In this document: positions 52,701 to 59,616 of the stretch, in pieces | How positions within the stretch are numbered: the first letter of the stretch is position 1 | Layout of the letters: every line of letters starts with the position of its first letter | Source: Candidatus Multivorans sp. | Lineage (GTDB): Bacteria > Acidobacteriota > Thermoanaerobaculia > Multivoradales > Multivoraceae | Assembly (NCBI GenBank): GCA_965247095.1 | Contig: OZ251997.1 | Location: 2,112,001 to 2,176,000, forward strand | DNA: 64,000 nt | Direction: 5' to 3' | Translations under genes and position numbers: made by a program | The notes under the pieces: generated by a model | The model's input: the letters and a program-made list of their open reading frames with translations, nothing else | Databases searched by the model: none | What the model was told of the DNA's origin: nothing

Positions 52701-54226
52701 ACCTGGATTACACCGATGATGGGATAGATGCGGTGCTACTGGAGAGTCGCATGAACACGGTTCACCCCTATCTGCACTGGCAGCCGAATGAACGGTTGAG
52801 CGTATGGGGTATTGGCGGCCTGGGCTGGGGTCAAGTGGATGCCACGGAGCCGGGCCGGGCTCACGACTTCGATGCCGACTTTCTGATGTTCGCGGGGGGC
52901 GTGAGGGCGGTGCTAGGCGGGCGGGCTAACAACGAATGGGGTCTGCGAGCGGATGCCTTCACGGCCCAACTCCAGACCGACGCGTCGAAGGACATCGCCA
53001 AGGTAAGCGGTGAGGCCCACCGGGGCCGGTTGATGCTGGAATGGGTGCACGACAGGGAGTTGTCGGTGGGGAGATCACTGAGCCTGACGGCGGAGGCCGG
53101 CGGGCGTTTCGACGGCGGCGACGCGGATCGTGGCAGCGGCGTGGAAACCGGCTTGCGTCTGGGCTTCCTGGATGCGAACAGCGGCCTGGATGTGGCGCTG
53201 CACGGCCGGGTGCTGGTAGCGCACGAAAGCGACTACCGGGACTGGGGAGCGGGCGTGCAGGCGAGTTGGGACCCGGGGGCGAAGCGGCGCGGTCTCACAT
53301 TGTCGGTGAATTCCTCGCTGGGCCAGGACGGCGGCGGCGGAACGACGCTGTGGGACAACGCAGATGCAATCACACGCACAGCCGGGCTGGGAGCCTTGGG
53401 GACCGGCTCCCAGTACCGAATGGAGAGCGAGGTGGCGTACGCCGGCATAAGGGCGCCGGGCTTACGCGGTCTGCTGACGCCGTATAGCCGGCTGCGATGG
53501 GCAGGACAGGCACGAGAGCTGGCCTTGGGCACGACTTGGAGCCTGCCGACTCGCTCGCACGCCGCGATGCCGGCCACGTTTGAGCTGGAATGCCTGAGGC
53601 GCGAGAGCACAACGGGACCGGCCGATCTGGCGGTCTTGCTGCGCGTGTCGATCCCCATGGGCGCCTCGCAGAGGGTCATCCCCCGTCCGGGCCGCGATTT
53701 CACCGTTGCGCTCCAGCTCACACCGCCGAGGGACGCGGCACCTGCTCTGGAATCGACTCCGCCAGGGTTGGCACGCTCGCCAACAGAGACAGCACGTTCC
53801 GGAGGAGAAGGGCGCGGAGTGACTATTCAGGCGGCGCTACTGCGAAGTGCGAGAGCGATGCCGCAACCCAGCTCCGCGGCACCCCCGACGGAAATCGCCG
53901 AGTTGCAAGCCCTGACGACACCGCCGCCCGAGCCTCGTCGTCAACCACAACCCGCGGAACCGGTCCCCGAGCTTTCGCCAAGCGGAGACATCCTCGTTCA
54001 AGTCGGCGCTTTTCGGAGCGGGGAGAAGGCCGCCCGGCTAACACACGAGCTGCGGCAAGAGGGCTATGCAGCGAACACGATCGAAGGCAGCGACTATGAC
54101 CGCGTCGTCGTTGGGCCATTCGCCAGCCGAACCGAAGCTGCCAACGCACGATCGCAGCTAGATCAGCAAGGCTACGAGGGATACCTTCGAGCCGACCTGG
54201 CGCACCGGCTGCCGCCTACGCGATAG
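31706..54226 (+). CDS. Giant (7506 aa) repetitive adhesin with autotransporter-like beta-barrel and C-terminal SPOR domain
   Basis: Uninterrupted 22.5-kb ORF; signal peptide (VGARA-DL); cadherin motifs (PDYE.P.D, VTDVNEAP, LDWE), VCBS-like (GTYGSFSITSTGAWTYTLDN), FN3 and Calx-beta-like repeats, barrel (LWGQG, GRFDGGDADRGSG), SPOR (VQVGAF...RVVVGPF). Confidence 0.9.
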   Translation: MNGRRRIPRLPSAGRKSGGGTPILLIAAIACLALPVGARADLTVTGSAAPSFAENGTAAVGTYSVTGGTGVTWSLSGTDIDDLSIDSSTGELTFDSPPDYENAADADTNNTYLVTVEADDGTDTGTLAVTVTVTDVASAAPVFVGYGTTADFTYEENGTAAVQAFTVTTQDSSDSVYVHISTGDDDDDFVGVWSNGTFTLAFDRQPNYEDPHDEDTDNEYEVNLQAVAVGSTILVSSLVIDVTVTDVEEDPLFGGDTGGFVTEDDSTTTVSGTLTVNDDDDTTIIAQSNTAGTYGSFSITSTGAWTYTLDNTDPSTNALDVGEDVTESFTVYASDGTSQDVVITISGYDDAPAVTGPTAPLYAENGTDPVAIYSAIDPEGHSFQWAFLGDDTTRFSYSRIANTPDIELNFVSTDRPDYETPADTNSDNAYELALLPYASGTRTGYPYYVTVSVTDVNEAPTFDEGSSTTRSIDENSPPGTPVGNAVTATDPDTNTAYSSLAYSLSGTDASSFDIHATTGQISVANGATLDWESKTSYSVTVEVSDRRHAGGAPDSTIDDTIAVTINVNDASINLAVNTTSVAEDDGATTVTVTATLDGGAIGSATTVSVSVAGSGTNTAVDFAAVTTFNINIPANVSSATGTFTLTPTDDTVDETDETVTVTGIAGTLTVASATLSLTDDETTPTVTLALDDNSVSENGGQATVTASLSGASSAVTTVTVSAAAVPPAVAADLTLTGTTLTIAAGDTSSTGLVTITGVDNNVAASNKTVNVSASVSGGNGVAAPAGTTLTLEDDDAAGITLSVSQASVAEDADPTDVTVTATVTDGNTLAAAQSVTVAVGTAGDAASEGEDYETVADFTITIEAGSTSETGTFSLDPTDDELDEGTGETLSVGGSTTGGATVTGTTVTITDNDAAPSGITLSVSPTIVIEGAGPTTVTVTATVEGGTTYATAQGVTVEVGAAGDAATEGTDYAAVDDFTVTIPAGSTSDTGTFSLDATDDELDEGNGETLSVSGTLSGVTVTPAAVTITDEAPSPPAAPTNLTATAGNAQVTLAWEDPGDSSITGYRYLQSTDGGMTFGTGTTITGSGANTTSYVVDQVTSGTAYTFKVQAQNPGGWSASSNEATATPQQPPPGAPTNFIATAGNAQVTLAWANPNDSNITAYRYRQSTDGGTTFGTFTTITGSGANTTSHVVDQLTNGAAYTFEIQAQNTGGWSDLSTQATATPIAPPVVPTNLAATAGNGIVILGWADPRDSSITAYRYRQSTDGGATFGAFTTISGSGANTTSHVVDQLTSGTAYTFEIQAKNAGGWSGSSNRATATPIAPPGAPTNFIATASNAQVTLAWANPNDSNITAYRYRQSTDGGATFGTFTTIAGSGASTTSHVVDQLTNGTAYTFEIQAQNAGGWSTSSIQATATPMVPAGTPTGLTATAGNGIVTLGWANPSDPSILRYRYRQSTDGGATFGAFVTIAGSGANTTSHIVTGLTNGSTYTFEIQAQRSFGWSPSSNRASAALLTAPPVAPTVLTATAGNGIVTLEWENPNDTNITAYRYRQSTDGGATFGAFVTIAGSGASTTSHVVGQLTNGTAYTFEIQAQNTVGWSASSNQDTATPIEPLGAPTSLTATAGNAQVTLGWANPNDTSITAYRYRQSTNGGVSFGVFATIAGSGANTTSHVVIQLTNGTAYTFEIQAQRSAVWSASSNQAAATPIAPPDSPLNLTATAGNGTAILGWAEPDDASITAYRYRQSTDGGTTFGAFTTIAGSSASTTSHIVSQLTNGTAYTFEIQAQRSSDWSASSNQATATPFAPPAAPTSFTATTGNGQVTLDWAEPYDSSITAYRYRQSTDGGTTFGAFTTITGSGANTTSHVVAQLTNGTAYTFEIQAQNASGWSASSNRAAATPIVPTATPTGLTATAGNAQVTLGWADPNDSSITAYRYRQSTNGGVSFGAFVTIAGSGAATTSHVVSQLTNGIAYTFEIQAQRSSGWSASSNQATATPFAPPDAPTSFTATAGDGRVTLGWAEPYDRSSITAYRYRQSTDGGTTFGAFRTITGSGASTTSHTVSQLTNGTEYTFEVQAQNASGWSVSSSQATVAPQIASPAAPAGLNATAGNAQVTLAWVDPSDSGITAYRYRQSTDGGTFGDFTTIAGSGASTKSHVVGQLTNGTAYTFEIQAQNAGGWSASSNQTTVTPQIQPPGAATGLTATAGNGQVTLGWVNPSGSGMTASRYRKSTDGGLTFGAFTTITGSGASHVVDQLTNNTSYTFVVQAGNAGGWSTSSNEATATPIQPLVASFAASSYRTTEGGTAAAVTVSLDQTSDRALTIPITTDPTSGDFSLSSTSLTFASGDQSKTFTVTASEDADLDDDTVELGFGTLPTAVTAGNQATATVALEDDDGAALQVSFGASTYTAIENGAAVTVTVSLDATSDRALTIPITTDPATGDFSLSADSLSFAVGDQSKTFTVTASEDADLDDDTVTLSFGTLPTGVTAGSQATVALEDDDGAALQVSFGASTYTAIENGAAVTVTVSLDATSDRALTIPITTDPATGDFSLSADSLSFASGDQSKTFTVTASEDADLDDDTVELGFGTLPTAVTAGSQAAATVALEDDDGAALQVSFGASTYTAIENGAAVTVTVSLDATSDRALTIPITTDPATGDFSLSADSLSFAVGDQSKTFTVTASEDADLDDDTVTLSFGTLPTAVTAGSQATATVALEDDDGAALQVSFGASTYTAIENGAAVTVTVSLDATSDRALTIPITTDPATGDFSLSADSLSFAVGDQSKTFTVTASEDADLDDDTVTLSFGTLPTGVTAGSQAAATVALEDDDGAALQVSFGASTYTAIEGEAAVTVTVSLDATSDRALTIPITTDPATGDFSLSADSLSFAVGDQSKTFTVTASEDADLDDDTVTLSFGTLPTGVTAGSQAAATVALEDDDGAALQVSFGASTYTAIEGEAAVTVTVSLDATSDRALTIPITTDPTSGDFSLSSTSLTFASGDQSKTFTVTASEDADLDDDTVELGFGTLPTAVTAGNQATVTVALEDDDGAALQVSFGASTYTAIENGAAVTVTVSLDATSDRALTIPITTDPTSGDFSLSSTSLTFASGDQSKTFTVTASEDADLDDDTVELGFGTLPTAVTAGNQATATVALEDDDGAALQVTFGASTYTAIENGAAVTVTVSLDATSDRALTIPITTDPTSGDFSLSSTSLTFASGDQSKTFTVTASEDADLDDDTVELGFGTLPTAVTAGNQAAATVALEDDDGAALQVSFGASTYTAIENGAAVTVTVSLDATSDRALTIPITTDPTSGDFSLSATSLTFASGDQSKAFTVTASEDADLDDETVTLSFGTLPTGVTAGTPSSAAVTLEDDDDDAEALTVTFGKSTYTAIENGAAASVTVGLDKMSDRALTIPISLSPSTGDFSASSTSLSFAAGDQTKTITVTASEDADLDDETVTLSFGTLPTGVTAGTPSSAAVTLEDDDDDAEALTVTFGKSTYTAIENGAAASVTVGLDKMSDRALTIPISLSPSTGDFSASSTSLSFAAGDQTKTITVTASEDADLDDETVTLSFGTLPTGVTAGTPSSAAVTLEDDDDDAEALTVTFGASTYTAIENGAAAAVTVGLDKMSDRALTIPITLSPSTGDFSASSTSLSFAAGDRTKTITVTASEDADLADETVTLSFGTLPTGVTAGTPSSAAVTLEDDDDAAEALTVTFGKSTYTAIENGAAASVTVGLDKMADRALTIPITLSPSTGDFSASSTSLSFAAGDQTKTITVTASEDADLDDETVTLSFGTLPTGVTAGTPSSAAVTLEDDDDAAEALTVTFGKSTYTAIENGTAAAVTVGLDKMADRALTIPITLSPSTGDFSASSTSLSFAAGDQTKTITVTASEDTDLDDETVTLSFGTLPTGVTAGTPSSAAVTLEDDDDAAEALTVTFGASTYTAIENGAAVTVTVSLDATSDRALTIPISLSPSTGDFSASSTSLSFAAGDQTKTITVTASEDADLDDETVTLSFGTLPTGVTAGTPSSAAVTLEDDDDAAEALTVTFGASTYTAIENGAAVTVTVGLDKMADRALTIPITLSPSTGDFSASSTSLSFAAGDQTKTITVTASEDADLDDETVTLSFGTLPTGVTAGTPSSAAVTLEDDDDDAEALTVTFAASTYTAIENGAAASVTVGLDKMADRALTIPITLSPSTGDFSASSTSLSFAAGDQTKTITVTASEDTDLDDETVTLSFGTLPTGVTAGTPSSAAVTLEDDDDAAEALTVTFGASTYTAIENGAAVTVTVSLDATSDRALTIPISLSPSTGDFSASSTSLSFAAGDQTKTITVTASEDADLDDETVTLSFGTLPTGVTAGTPSSAAVTLEDDDDDAEALTVTFAASTYTAIENGAAASVTVGLDKMADRALTIPITLSPSTGDFSASSTSLSFAAGDQTKTITVTASEDADLDDETVTLSFGTLPTGVTAGTPSSAAVTLEDDDDDAEALTVTFAASTYTAIENGAAASVTVGLDKMADRALTIPISLSPSTGDFSASSTSLSFAAGDQTKTITVTASEDADLDDETVTLSFGTLPTGVTAGTPSSAAVTLEDDDDAAEALTVTFGKSTYTAIENGTAAAVTVGLDKMADRALTIPISLSPSTGDFSASSTSLSFAAGDQTKTITVTASEDADLDDETVTLSFGTLPTGVTAGTPSSAAVTLEDDDDAAEALTVTFGKSTYTAIENGTAAAVTVGLDKMADRALTIPITLSPSTGDFSASSTSLSFAAGDQTKTITVTASEDADLDDETVTLSFGTLPTGVTAGTPSSAAVTLEDDDDDAEALTVTFGKSTYTAIENGTAAAVTVSLDATSDRALTIPISLSPSTGDFSASSTSLSFAAGDQTKTITVTASEDADLDDETVTLSFGTLPTGVTAGTPSSAAVTLEDDDDAAEALTVTFGKSTYTAIENGTAAAVTVGLDKMADRALTIPISLSPSTGDFSASSTSLSFAAGDQTKTITVTASEDADLDDETVTLSFGTLPTGVTAGTPSSAAVTLEDDDDDAEALTVTFGKSTYTAIENGAAASVTVGLDKMSDRALTIPISLSPSTGDFSASSTSLSFAAGDQTKTITVTASEDADLDDETVTLSFGTLPTGVTAGTPSSAAVTLEDDDDDAEALTVTFGASTYTAIENGAAAAVTVGLDKMSDRALTIPITLSPSTGDFSASSTSLSFAAGDRTKTITVTASEDADLADETVTLSFGTLPTGVTAGTPSSAAVTLEDDDDAAEALTVTFGKSTYTAIENGAAASVTVGLDKMADRALTIPITLSPSTGDFSASSTSLSFAAGDQTKTITVTASEDADLDDETVTLSFGTLPTGVTAGTPSSAAVTLEDDDDDAEALTVTFGKSTYTAIENGTAAAVTVGLDKMADRALTIPITLSPSTGDFSASSTSLSFAAGDQTKTITVTASEDTDLDDETVTLSFGTLPTGVTAGTPSSAAVTLEDDDDAAEALTVTFGASTYTAIENGAAVTVTVSLDATSDRALTIPISLSPSTGDFSASSTSLSFAAGDQTKTITVTASEDADLDDETVTLSFGTLPTGVTAGTPSSAAVTLEDDDDAAEALTVTFGASTYTAIENGAAVTVTVGLDKMADRALTIPITLSPSTGDFSASSTSLSFAAGDQTKTITVTASEDADLDDETVTLSFGTLPTGVTAGTPSSAAVTLEDDDDDAEALTVTFAASTYTAIENGAAASVTVGLDKMADRALTIPITLSPSTGDFSASSTSLSFAAGDQTKTITVTASEDTDLDDETVTLSFGTLPTGVTAGTPSSAAVTLEDDDDAAEALTVTFGASTYTAIENGAAVTVTVSLDATSDRALTIPISLSPSTGDFSASSTSLSFAAGDQTKTITVTASEDADLDDETVTLSFGTLPTGVTAGTPSSAAVTLEDDDDAAEALTVTFGASTYTAIENGAAVTVTVGLDKMADRALTIPITLSPSTGDFSASSTSLSFAAGDQTKTITVTASEDADLDDETVTLSFGTLPTGVTAGTPSSAAVTLEDDDDDAEALTVTFAASTYTAIENGAAASVTVGLDKMADRALTIPISLSPSTGDFSASSTSLSFAAGDQTKTITVTASEDADLDDETVTLSFGTLPTGVTAGTPSSAAVTLEDDDDAATSLTATFGASTYTAIEGERGVSVTVSVDQAADRALTIPITTDPSSGDFTGPAEVVFAVGDDSKTITVTATDDPDLDDETVRLSFGALPTNVSAGSRAATTVTLVDDDRAELTVTLGAGGTEGGTTYTATEGGTGAQVPVSLGQSADRSIVIPITTDPASGDFTLSATSLSFAVGDETKTITVTATDDPDLEDETVTLGLGALPVDVSAGSQATTTVTLVDDDRTPLTVTFAAETYTAKENGTEAEVRVALDQAADREVRIPITTDPASGDFTGPAEVVFAVGDDSKTITVTATDDPDLDDETVRLSFGTLPVDVSEGGQATTTVTLVDDDRTPLTVTFAAETYTAKENGTEAEVRVVLDQAADREVRISITADPATGDFALSATQVVFAVGDESKTVTVTASEDPDLDDERVTLGFGTLPVDVSAGSPSATTVTLVDDDEVPLVVSFGAASYEATEGGPAATVTVALDQAADREVTIPLTTDPETGDFALSATQVVFAVDDATKTITVTASEDPDRDDETVELGFGTLPVDVSAGSPSATTVTLVDKTLLELEVSFVQADYQMREGVEALIEVQVSPAADRRVEVPLEVTPEGGASEADYRMPVSVVIEEGESQGTVTMEVHADEVNDPGESVVVGLAGMPEAVSAGDLSATQVHFRQWRTTEQFSQTLEAIAAVIARTMGDSAQTAIEGRFERHRQRSRSGQSVDTMPTLQPGSVALSDQTHISPSPGSVIAPSRRVYGQQNRLHGSGAGAGPLGPGSRGFSGVRDHLFSLSGVSFEMSSGAFETSLGESEKETNWVPVLWGQGNLHHFSGDLKRMGMNYRGGLEAAHVGLDLFADDQVLAGLSFMRSRGHLDYTDDGIDAVLLESRMNTVHPYLHWQPNERLSVWGIGGLGWGQVDATEPGRAHDFDADFLMFAGGVRAVLGGRANNEWGLRADAFTAQLQTDASKDIAKVSGEAHRGRLMLEWVHDRELSVGRSLSLTAEAGGRFDGGDADRGSGVETGLRLGFLDANSGLDVALHGRVLVAHESDYRDWGAGVQASWDPGAKRRGLTLSVNSSLGQDGGGGTTLWDNADAITRTAGLGALGTGSQYRMESEVAYAGIRAPGLRGLLTPYSRLRWAGQARELALGTTWSLPTRSHAAMPATFELECLRRESTTGPADLAVLLRVSIPMGASQRVIPRPGRDFTVALQLTPPRDAAPALESTPPGLARSPTETARSGGEGRGVTIQAALLRSARAMPQPSSAAPPTEIAELQALTTPPPEPRRQPQPAEPVPELSPSGDILVQVGAFRSGEKAARLTHELRQEGYAANTIEGSDYDRVVVGPFASRTEAANARSQLDQQGYEGYLRADLAHRLPPTR
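34800..38550 (+). repeat. 13 tandem fibronectin type III units (~288 bp)
   Basis: PxAPTxLTATAGNxQVTLxW...ITAYRYRQSTDGG...LTNGTAYTFEIQAQ counted 13 times. Confidence 0.9.
38554..41820 (+). repeat. ~10 tandem 327-bp Calx-beta-like units (type A)
   Basis: ggcgctgcaggtga recurs at 38881, 39202 and then every 327 bp to 41491. Confidence 0.9.
41820..50145 (+). repeat. 25 near-identical tandem 333-bp Calx-beta-like units (type B)
   Basis: EALTVTF..STYTAIENG...SAAVTLEDDDD with exact 333-bp period (antisense ORF ladder 41854 to 49846); about 6 diverged units follow to ~52110. Confidence 0.95.
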
Positions 54227-54244
54227 CGTGCGTCGGGGCCAGAG

Positions 54245-54688
54245 GCGGCGGCGTTCGTCGAGCCGGCCGCCTGTGTGCTGCGCGGAATCGATCGTGCCGG
54301 GTTGCCGAGCGAAGCGCCGGAGGTGGTCGTCGTCGGCGTCGGGTCCATGGGTCTACTCCATCTGCTGGTCCTGCGTGCGGTGTTCCCGGAGACCCGGATC
54401 GTCGTCGCCGAGCCCGACCGCGGCCGCCGGGAGATTGCACGGCAACTCGGCGCCGATGCCGCCGTCGCGCCCAAGCGGATCGTCGAGGCCTCGGGTAACG
54501 CCAGACCGTCGGGCGGCGCCGATGCCGTCTTCGAGACCGCCGGCGGTCAGGCCGCCTTCGACCTGCTACATCGCGGTGTGTTGGATCCGACTCGCCTGGT
54601 GACGCACCGCCTTCCGCTCGACCGAGCCGCGGAGGCCGTTGAACTGTGCCGACGGAGGGCAGCGTTGAAGGTACTGTTGCACCCATGA
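54245..54688 (+). pseudogene. 5'-truncated, internally deleted copy of Zn-dependent dehydrogenase 1
   Basis: Matches 61441-62457 from FVEPAACVLRG; lacks 162 bp lying between tcgacctg repeats (62165 and 62327 in the intact gene). Confidence 0.88.
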
Positions 54689-54719
54689 CAGCCGACCCGT
54701 CGACGAGCCGATCCAGGTC

Positions 54720-55592
54720 GTGATCCCGAAGCAATACACGCAGGCGTTCCTGGTCGCACCCCGCAGTGTCGAGTTGAAGCAGCTTCCGATGCCCGAGCCG
54801 GGGCCGGGCGAATCGTTGATGCGGGTGGACGCCGCCACCGTCTGCGCCACGGACATCAAGGTCTACCGCCGCGGCAGCCATCCGACCATGCTGACCCTGC
54901 CGGCGCCCTTCGGCCACGAGGTCACCGGCACGATCGTCCGTTCCGATGCGGACGCCCTGTTCGAGGAGGGCGACGCCGTAGTGGTAGCCAACAGCGCCTT
55001 GTGCGGACACTGTCAGCCCTGTCGGCACAGCCGCGAAAACCTCTGCCGTGAACTTGTGTACCTGAACGGCGCCTTCTCCAACTACTTCCTGATCCCCGCA
55101 GCGGTCGCGACGCGCAGTGTGCACCGGCGGCCGCCGGGCCTCGAGCCCGCGATAGCGTCGCTGGCCGAACCCCTGGCCTGTGCCGTCCACTGCCTCGAGC
55201 CCTGCCTCGCCGCCTGGGGCGGCCCGCCGACTGAGGCCCGGGCACTGGTCATCGGCTGCGGCGCCCTGGGCCTGATGCTGATCGACCTGCTTCACAGCGT
55301 TCGCACCAGGGTCACCGCGCTCGACCCGCATCCGGAGCGGCTCGAACTGGCGGCCGCGTTCGGCGCCGTTGAGACGCACTGCGAGCGCGCCGGCGATGGC
55401 GGCTCCCAGCCGAGCGACTGTTCGATTTCACCGTCGACGCGACCGGCACCCCAACTGGCTGGAACCACGCGGTTGTCTCTCGCGCGCCGGGCGGCGTCGC
55501 CGCCCTCTTCGGAGGTTGCCGGCAAGGCACCGAGCTGACTCTGAACGCCGAACGGATTCACTACCAGGAACAGACCCAGCTCGGCGCCTACC
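54720..55592 (+). pseudogene. Frameshifted, 3'-truncated copy of Zn-dependent dehydrogenase 2
   Basis: Colinear with 62496-63369; 1-nt deletion near 55417; joins mscS sequence at ctcggcgcctacc. Confidence 0.88.
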
Positions 55593-55994
55593 TGGCAATC
55601 AAGATCTGGGAGCCGACGTCTCGGGCCTCCTCGCCGCGGGCGGCATCGCCGGGCTCACGATCGGCTTCGCGGCCCGCGACACGCTGGCCAACCTGTTCGC
55701 CGGCATCTTCATCTTCTCGGACGGCCCCTACAAGATCGGCGACTTCATCACGCTGGACTCGGGCGAACGCGGCATGGTCACCGAGATCGGCATCCGCAGC
55801 ACCCGCCTGCTCACGCGCGGCGACATCGAGATCACGATCCCCAACGCAGTGATGGGCAACGCCAAGATCAACAACGAGAGCGGCGGCCCGCAGGTCAAGT
55901 ACCGGATCCGGGTCCGGGTCGGGGTCGCCTACGGCAGCGATGTGGACCACATCGAAGCGGTCCAGCTCCAGGTGGCCACCGACAACGACAAGGT

Positions 55995-57571
55995 AGTGCT
56001 TTCCAATCCTGAAATGAGCGTGAACGGGACCGTCATGGAGAGTCGAGTCGGGTCGGTCTCGGGGTAGTTCTGGGGCGGCAGACGGTTCTGCACCGTCTGC
56101 CGCCTAGGGTAGCGCCCGCTGCGAGGCCGCGGCGGGTTACGGGCGTTGTGTTCCGGCCTGGGCCGATGGTGTTGTGCGGTGTATGGCATCGGGCTGCGCG
56201 GTCTGCGGTTCAGGCGCTCCGGCGCCGGTGGGGATCGGACTCCCGGTCGATGAGTTCAAAGAGTCTGGCACGAGCCAGCTTGAGGGCGATCGCGGCGTCG
56301 AGGTCGCTCGTGGCGCCGGCCTGGTCTTCGAGGGCGGCGATGGTGACGCCGGGCCTGAGGTACCGCTCCGCGTCCGGCAGGGACTTGAGCTTCTCGAACG
56401 GCGTCATGGTGTCCTGGTAGCGGTAGCGTTTCCTGGTGCGGCCCTTCCTGTCGGTGACCTCGGTGGGAAACAGGCACGGGCGATGGAAGTTGAGGAAGGG
56501 GGTGAGCACATCGCGTGCGAAGACGTTGATCTCGCGGGCGAAGAGCTTGGGGATGTGCCGGTATCCGAACTGGCGCCGGATCACGTTGCCGTTCTTGCTC
56601 TCGACCAGGGCGTTGTCGTTGGTGTGCCGGCTGCGGGACTTGGTGAACTCGGGGACGTGCAGTTGGTTGAGCATCTCGGCGACCTTGCGGTTGATGTACT
56701 CGGAGCCGTTGTCGGCGTGGAAGCCCAGCACCTTGAAGGGGCAGGACTCGATGAGCTCCTTGAGCACCGGCACGAGACACCGTTGGGAGATGGCCCGTAC
56801 CGTCGCCACGTGCTCCCACTGCAACACCTCGTCCACGAGGTTGATGTGGTACACGCCCTTCTCGCCGTCTTTGTCCCCCTGATGCACCGTGTCCACCCGC
56901 AGGTAGCCCGGCTTCCCCTCCGGCTGGGGCTTGCGTCGTTCCCCGATCCCGACCGCGGTCGACCGCGTCTTCTTGAACGTCGTCCGGCGCCGCTGGTAGG
57001 TGGTCGACTTGCGCAGGTTGTAGAACTGGCCGTTCGAGATCACAGCCAGACGCTCGAAGCGCTCGTCGCCGTACACCTCGAACTGGCGCCGCATCACCGC
57101 CCGCGTGCTGTGACCGCACATCTGGCCCAGTGCCGCGTCGACCTCGGCGAGAAGGCCGATGTCGGCCTTCGTGTAACGCCGCCCGAATGCGTGAGGCGGC
57201 GCACCGCGGCGGTCCTCGATGCGGCCCGTCTCCCGGTGCTGCCGGATCAGCCGCGTCAACTGCGACTCGGACTTCCCGGTCATCTTCATCAGGTAGCGCC
57301 GAATCATGCCCTTGTCGCGCCTCACAAGCGCCCGGTAGCGGAACCTGACCAGCGTCTCACGGATGAACTCGTACGTCGATCCGCGGTCCACCACCACGAA
57401 GTCCACCGCCTCGTTGCCGGCCACGAAACTGCGGACCTCACAAAGAGTCTGAAGTCGGCCTGTCTGGAGCGTCACGATCATCCTCCGATGATCCCCGATA
57501 CCGGCGCTTCACGCTCACTTCTCGCTGGATTCACGCACCCCGCTCACGCTCACTTCTCGCTGGACAGCTCT
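55995..57571 (-). mobile_element. Insertion sequence (~1577 bp), DDE/rve transposase, ISNCY/IS481-like
   Basis: Flanked by AAGGT duplication (55990-55994, 57572-57576), single in intact mscS; imperfect terminal IRs AGTGCTTTCCAATCCTGAAATGAGCGTGA / AGAGCTGTCCAGCGAGAAGTGAGCGTGA. Confidence 0.9.
56210..57481 (-). CDS. DDE integrase-core transposase
   Basis: PGYLRVDTVHQG, FHADNGSEYIN, NDNALVESKNG (D-D-E triad); RBS GGAGG. Confidence 0.92.
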   Translation of the reverse strand: MIVTLQTGRLQTLCEVRSFVAGNEAVDFVVVDRGSTYEFIRETLVRFRYRALVRRDKGMIRRYLMKMTGKSESQLTRLIRQHRETGRIEDRRGAPPHAFGRRYTKADIGLLAEVDAALGQMCGHSTRAVMRRQFEVYGDERFERLAVISNGQFYNLRKSTTYQRRRTTFKKTRSTAVGIGERRKPQPEGKPGYLRVDTVHQGDKDGEKGVYHINLVDEVLQWEHVATVRAISQRCLVPVLKELIESCPFKVLGFHADNGSEYINRKVAEMLNQLHVPEFTKSRSRHTNDNALVESKNGNVIRRQFGYRHIPKLFAREINVFARDVLTPFLNFHRPCLFPTEVTDRKGRTRKRYRYQDTMTPFEKLKSLPDAERYLRPGVTIAALEDQAGATSDLDAAIALKLARARLFELIDRESDPHRRRSA

Positions 57572-57747
57572 AAGGTGTGCAAACAACCCGAACCTAGGGT
57601 ACGGTTCCGCACCGCCGGGATCGAGATTCCCTTCAGCCAGCACGACATCCACATCAAGGAAACGCCAGCGCGGCAAGCCCGGGCAAGCGAACCCGCGGCC
57701 GACTAGCGAAGACCGCGCCCGACCGGCGCGCTTCAAACGAGAACGGA

Positions 57748-59598
<1,851 letters not shown>

Positions 59599-59616
59599 GC
59601 CTGAGCCCATTCGAGC

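Larger units (their letters stand above)
55580..57706 (+). pseudogene. 5'-truncated second mscS copy, IS-interrupted and internally deleted
   Basis: 55580-55994 matches mscS from 30769; resumes after the IS at 57572; 111-bp deletion between ttccgc repeats; 1-nt deletion near 55610. Confidence 0.9.

Noticed and set aside
56174-57706. 510-aa plus-strand ORF ending in MscS sequence
   Set aside because: Antisense of the transposase running by chance into the mscS remnant
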